Notes under the pieces: generated by a model
What the model saw: only the letters and a program-made list of their open reading frames with translations
Told to the model about the DNA's origin: nothing
Database searches by the model: none
Position numbers and translations under genes: made by a program
Shown: piece after piece, positions 17,046 to 19,290 of the stretch
How the letters are laid out: the number at the start of each line of letters is the position of its first letter
Position numbering within the stretch: position 1 is the first letter of the stretch
Source: Polyangiales bacterium
GTDB lineage: Bacteria; Myxococcota_A; Polyangia; Polyangiales; Houyiibacteriaceae
Direction of reading: 5' to 3'
Length of the DNA stretch: 19,290 bases
Assembly (NCBI GenBank): GCA_045106895.1
Contig: JBGCFM010000087.1
Span: forward strand, 1-19,290

Positions 17046-17308
17046 TTCCGGCAGGCGCGGGGAACGTGCACGGGGTCGAACCTCCAACACCAGCGGCTTT
17101 TCTCCTCAGCTTCGCCGACTCGACAAGACGAGCCAACAAGTTGTCTCGTGCGGCGGAGTCGGCTCGACCCCGTGCACGCTCCCCACGCCTTTCGTCTCCA
17201 GCAAAGCCATCATGACCCGGTGGATGGTGGCTCTCTCCGACAGGTCTGCGACCTGCGTCGATCGCCTGGTGGTGCGAGGCCTATCTGGCTTACGATTTCG
17301 CGGGTAAC
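17046..17308. repeat. Structured non-coding repeat element, copy 1 (most complete)
   Basis: 30-bp inverted arms at 17053-17082 and 17161-17190 (27/30 complementary) plus further hairpins. Its left part recurs at 17324-17428 and its right part at 17978-18071. Confidence 0.85.
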
Positions 17309-17323
17309 GAGGTTGATCCGACT

Positions 17324-17428
17324 TTCCGGCAGGCGCGGGGAACGTGCACGTCGAACCTCCAACACCAGTGGCTTTCTCCTCGGCTTCGCGGACTCGAGCC
17401 AACAAAGTTGTCTCGTGCGGCGGAGTCG
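17324..17428. repeat. Repeat element, left-half copy
   Basis: Direct repeat of 17046-17161 (ttccggcaggcgcggggaacgtgcac...gttgtctcgtgcggcggagtcg) with small deletions. Confidence 0.9.
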
Positions 17429-17442
17429 CCGCCACCCACCGA

Positions 17443-17760
17443 CTACGTACGGATTTGCTCCGCCCACTCCGTGGACCAATCGCCCATCTGTTTGAGCAGG
17501 CCCAAGAGCTCCTCACCGAGCGTCGTAAGGTGGTAGCCCTCCGGGGACAGCGCGACGAGGCTCGTGGCTCGAAGCTCCTTGAGGCGCTTGTTGAGAAGAG
17601 ACGGTGATACTTCGTCACAACGTCCTTGGAGCACGCGAAACGTGTAGGGGCCGCCCTCCAGCTGCCAGATGATTCCCATCGACCAAGTACGTCCTAGGAG
17701 ATCGAAGAGCGCCATAATCGGGCGCCCAGTAGCGGAACCTCGAACGGGTTGTCCGGGCAT
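17443..17760 (-). CDS. HxlR-family winged-helix transcriptional regulator
   Basis: PGQPVRGS.TGRPIMALFDLLGRTWSMGIIWQL..GP.TFR.LQ..C..VSPS.LN.RLKEL...GY.LT.LG.EL. Start re-assigned to ATG 17760. Confidence 0.88.
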   Translation of the reverse strand: MPGQPVRGSATGRPIMALFDLLGRTWSMGIIWQLEGGPYTFRVLQGRCDEVSPSLLNKRLKELRATSLVALSPEGYHLTTLGEELLGLLKQMGDWSTEWAEQIRT

Positions 17761-17977
17761 GGGGATCGCGTGGCCGTCTGGTGACGAAAGGTACCGTTCA
17801 CACGGAACTCGAAGGCGATAGCCCCTTCGATCACATGGTTCTGTTGGCGTTCCCCTCGCCGGAAGCAGCCAACGCCTGGTTCCACTCTCCCGAATACACA
17901 AGCGCTCGGGAGGCGAGGGATGGTGCGGGCGAGATGCGCATCAGCATCTTCAGTGAGTGACCTGCAGCGTTGACTCG

Positions 17978-18071
17978 CCCCACGCCTTTCGTACTCGCAA
18001 AGCTCCGATAGGTCTGCGACAAGCGTCCATCGCTTTGCGCGACCTATTTGGCTTACGCTTTCGCAGGTGAC
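17978..18071. repeat. Repeat element, diverged right-half copy
   Basis: ccccacgcctttcgt...tccgataggtctgcgac...cctatttggcttacgctttcgcaggtgac aligns with 17181-17308 but lacks the 17205-17232 hairpin. Confidence 0.75.
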
Positions 18072-18465
18072 TCATTTGGATCAGCTGTCGAGGGTGGGCC
18101 GCTCCTGCGCGGTTGTGACGCTTGTCGTTGCCGGCCTTGCTTGCGCCCCGAACATGCAGGTGGCCGTGCGGGGCGCGGCCAGCGCTCACCTTGCACTTCA
18201 AGCGGAAGGCGCCGGGTGTGACGAGTGGGAACTCCACCAGCTTAGCGCGGACGATATTCGTGATGAGCGGCCGAATATGCTCGACGAAGAGATCAGCAAA
18301 GCCGAGCAGCGTCACCTCGCCGAACGAGGCGTGCTTTTTGCAGCTACTTGCCCCGCCTGGCGTTGCGACCCCGTCGCGTTTGTGGCTTGCGTCGACGGTC
18401 CAGAGAGCTGCCAGGTGCTCATCGACAACTTCCTACCGATCACCTGCACCCCATTCTTCTACTAG
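18067..18465 (+). CDS. Hypothetical small Cys-containing lipoprotein
   Basis: Lipobox-like VVTLVVAGLAC and six further Cys. No family recognised; the start is uncertain. Confidence 0.5.
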   Translation: MTHLDQLSRVGRSCAVVTLVVAGLACAPNMQVAVRGAASAHLALQAEGAGCDEWELHQLSADDIRDERPNMLDEEISKAEQRHLAERGVLFAATCPAWRCDPVAFVACVDGPESCQVLIDNFLPITCTPFFY

Positions 18466-18494
18466 GTGAAGTTGATCGGCCGCCCGAACCGAAC

Positions 18495-19070
18495 ATGACC
18501 AGTAGACCATTCATCTCCAACTCAAGCCTCCGCGTGCTTCGAACCTCCATCGGTGCCGTCGTCGACTATGGCGTCTTCCCAAACCTCCGCGTCGCCCGCA
18601 CGGGGAGTACAGGCCTACCGGCGGTGCACGCTGCGGAACGCGACGGACAAGCCACCTTCTTCGAAGCATGGCCGATTACGCTGCGTGTTCAGTTGAACTC
18701 GAAGCGCCACGCCTGGCTCGGCCTTGATGCAGGCCCGGACGAGCCTGGAAGTAGCGAGGCGCTTGTCGCCGGAAACCCACCGGGCCCACGCTTGGGTCCG
18801 TGTGGATCACTAGAGTTTAGCGATGGATGGAAGCTCCCCGAATCGGAGACCGACGTCCGACCAGCCATCATCCACCTTTGGTCGCGAGCACCCACCGCCA
18901 TCATGTCGGTGTGTCGACTTGGCACCTACGGCGCCCTCGTCGTGTCCCATCAAGACAACAGCACCTGGGCGTTCTATGGCGAGTACGATGGCGGCACGTT
19001 CGTGACCTTCGACAAACATGTCTGTGACGCACTACGCGCGGAAAGCGACGAGACGACCGAAGTCAGCTGA
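18495..19070 (+). CDS. Hypothetical protein
   Basis: 191-aa ORF from ATG 18495 with globular composition and no overlap with its neighbours. No family recognised. Confidence 0.5.
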   Translation: MTSRPFISNSSLRVLRTSIGAVVDYGVFPNLRVARTGSTGLPAVHAAERDGQATFFEAWPITLRVQLNSKRHAWLGLDAGPDEPGSSEALVAGNPPGPRLGPCGSLEFSDGWKLPESETDVRPAIIHLWSRAPTAIMSVCRLGTYGALVVSHQDNSTWAFYGEYDGGTFVTFDKHVCDALRAESDETTEVS

Positions 19071-19164
19071 AAGCAAGCAGCCAAAAGTGGGGCTCCAAAA
19101 CTGCACGTTCCTTTTTCGAACTGACGGCCAATAAGTACCGACGGAGCTGCGCTTCAGTCCCAGG

Positions 19165-19290
19165 TTACGCTCCAACAAGCACTTCAAGCTGCACCATCGC
19201 CCACTCTGACTTGGCCATGTCGCGCAGTGCGTCTTTGAACTCCGCCGCATCGTCGGGGGTGTACGTACGAAGAACCCGGTGTACTGCCCA
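19165..19290 (-). CDS. 3' end of a hypothetical gene entering from the right edge
   Basis: The frame is open from the edge: WAVHRVLRTYTPDDAAEFKDALRDMAKSEWAMVQLEVLVGA*. Confidence 0.4.
   Translation of the reverse strand, partial: WAVHRVLRTYTPDDAAEFKDALRDMAKSEWAMVQLEVLVGA

Noticed and set aside
17070..17090. GGTTCGAC on the minus strand resembles a tRNA T-loop
   Set aside because: The flanks do not form a T-stem and no cloverleaf or acceptor stem can be built.
17095..17112. CTGAGGA-GAAA on the minus strand resembles a hammerhead core
   Set aside because: There is no stem II between the motifs, and the second copy reads CCGAGGA.
17046..17345. The minus strand GTTCCCCGCGCCTGC resembles a type I-E CRISPR repeat and occurs twice
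   Set aside because: The second half of the palindrome does not match, the copies are 278 nt apart, the shared sequence extends over 100 nt with no unique spacers, and there are no cas genes.
17046..18071. Integron attC array
   Set aside because: No RYYYAAC...GTTRRRY boxes bound the hairpins, and there is no integrase in the window.

Overview
GC-rich bacterial DNA. A Myxococcota (Polyangiales/Sandaracinaceae-like) origin is inferred from the many 'C-G-D-D + DAG-linker' lipoproteins and the Cys-rich and P-domain surface proteins; it was not tested. From left to right: (1) a 5'-truncated YihY gene, a HugZ-like gene, an atypical kinase and an ETHE1-rhodanese fusion; (2) a minus-strand block of secreted or lipoprotein genes: AMIN-like protein, tetraheme cytochrome c, two tandem paralogs of unknown function, a beta-lactamase-family lipoprotein broken by one in-frame TAG, and a PI-PLC-like lipoprotein; (3) an AtuE-like hydratase and a BKACE/DUF849 gene; (4) a lower-GC islet in which a doubly frameshifted MtlR/HEPN remnant runs into a VapBC50-like toxin-antitoxin pair; (5) a coupled two-gene lipoprotein operon encoding a Cys-rich MepA-like endopeptidase and an oomycete GP42-type transglutaminase with a Pep-13-like motif and two P-domains, ending in a terminator; (6) a non-coding structured repeat family around an HxlR gene, followed by hypothetical genes. 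The best candidates for an undescribed system are the endopeptidase-transglutaminase operon, the structured repeat element and the paralog-cytochrome unit. All family calls come from motif recognition by eye; no searches were run.
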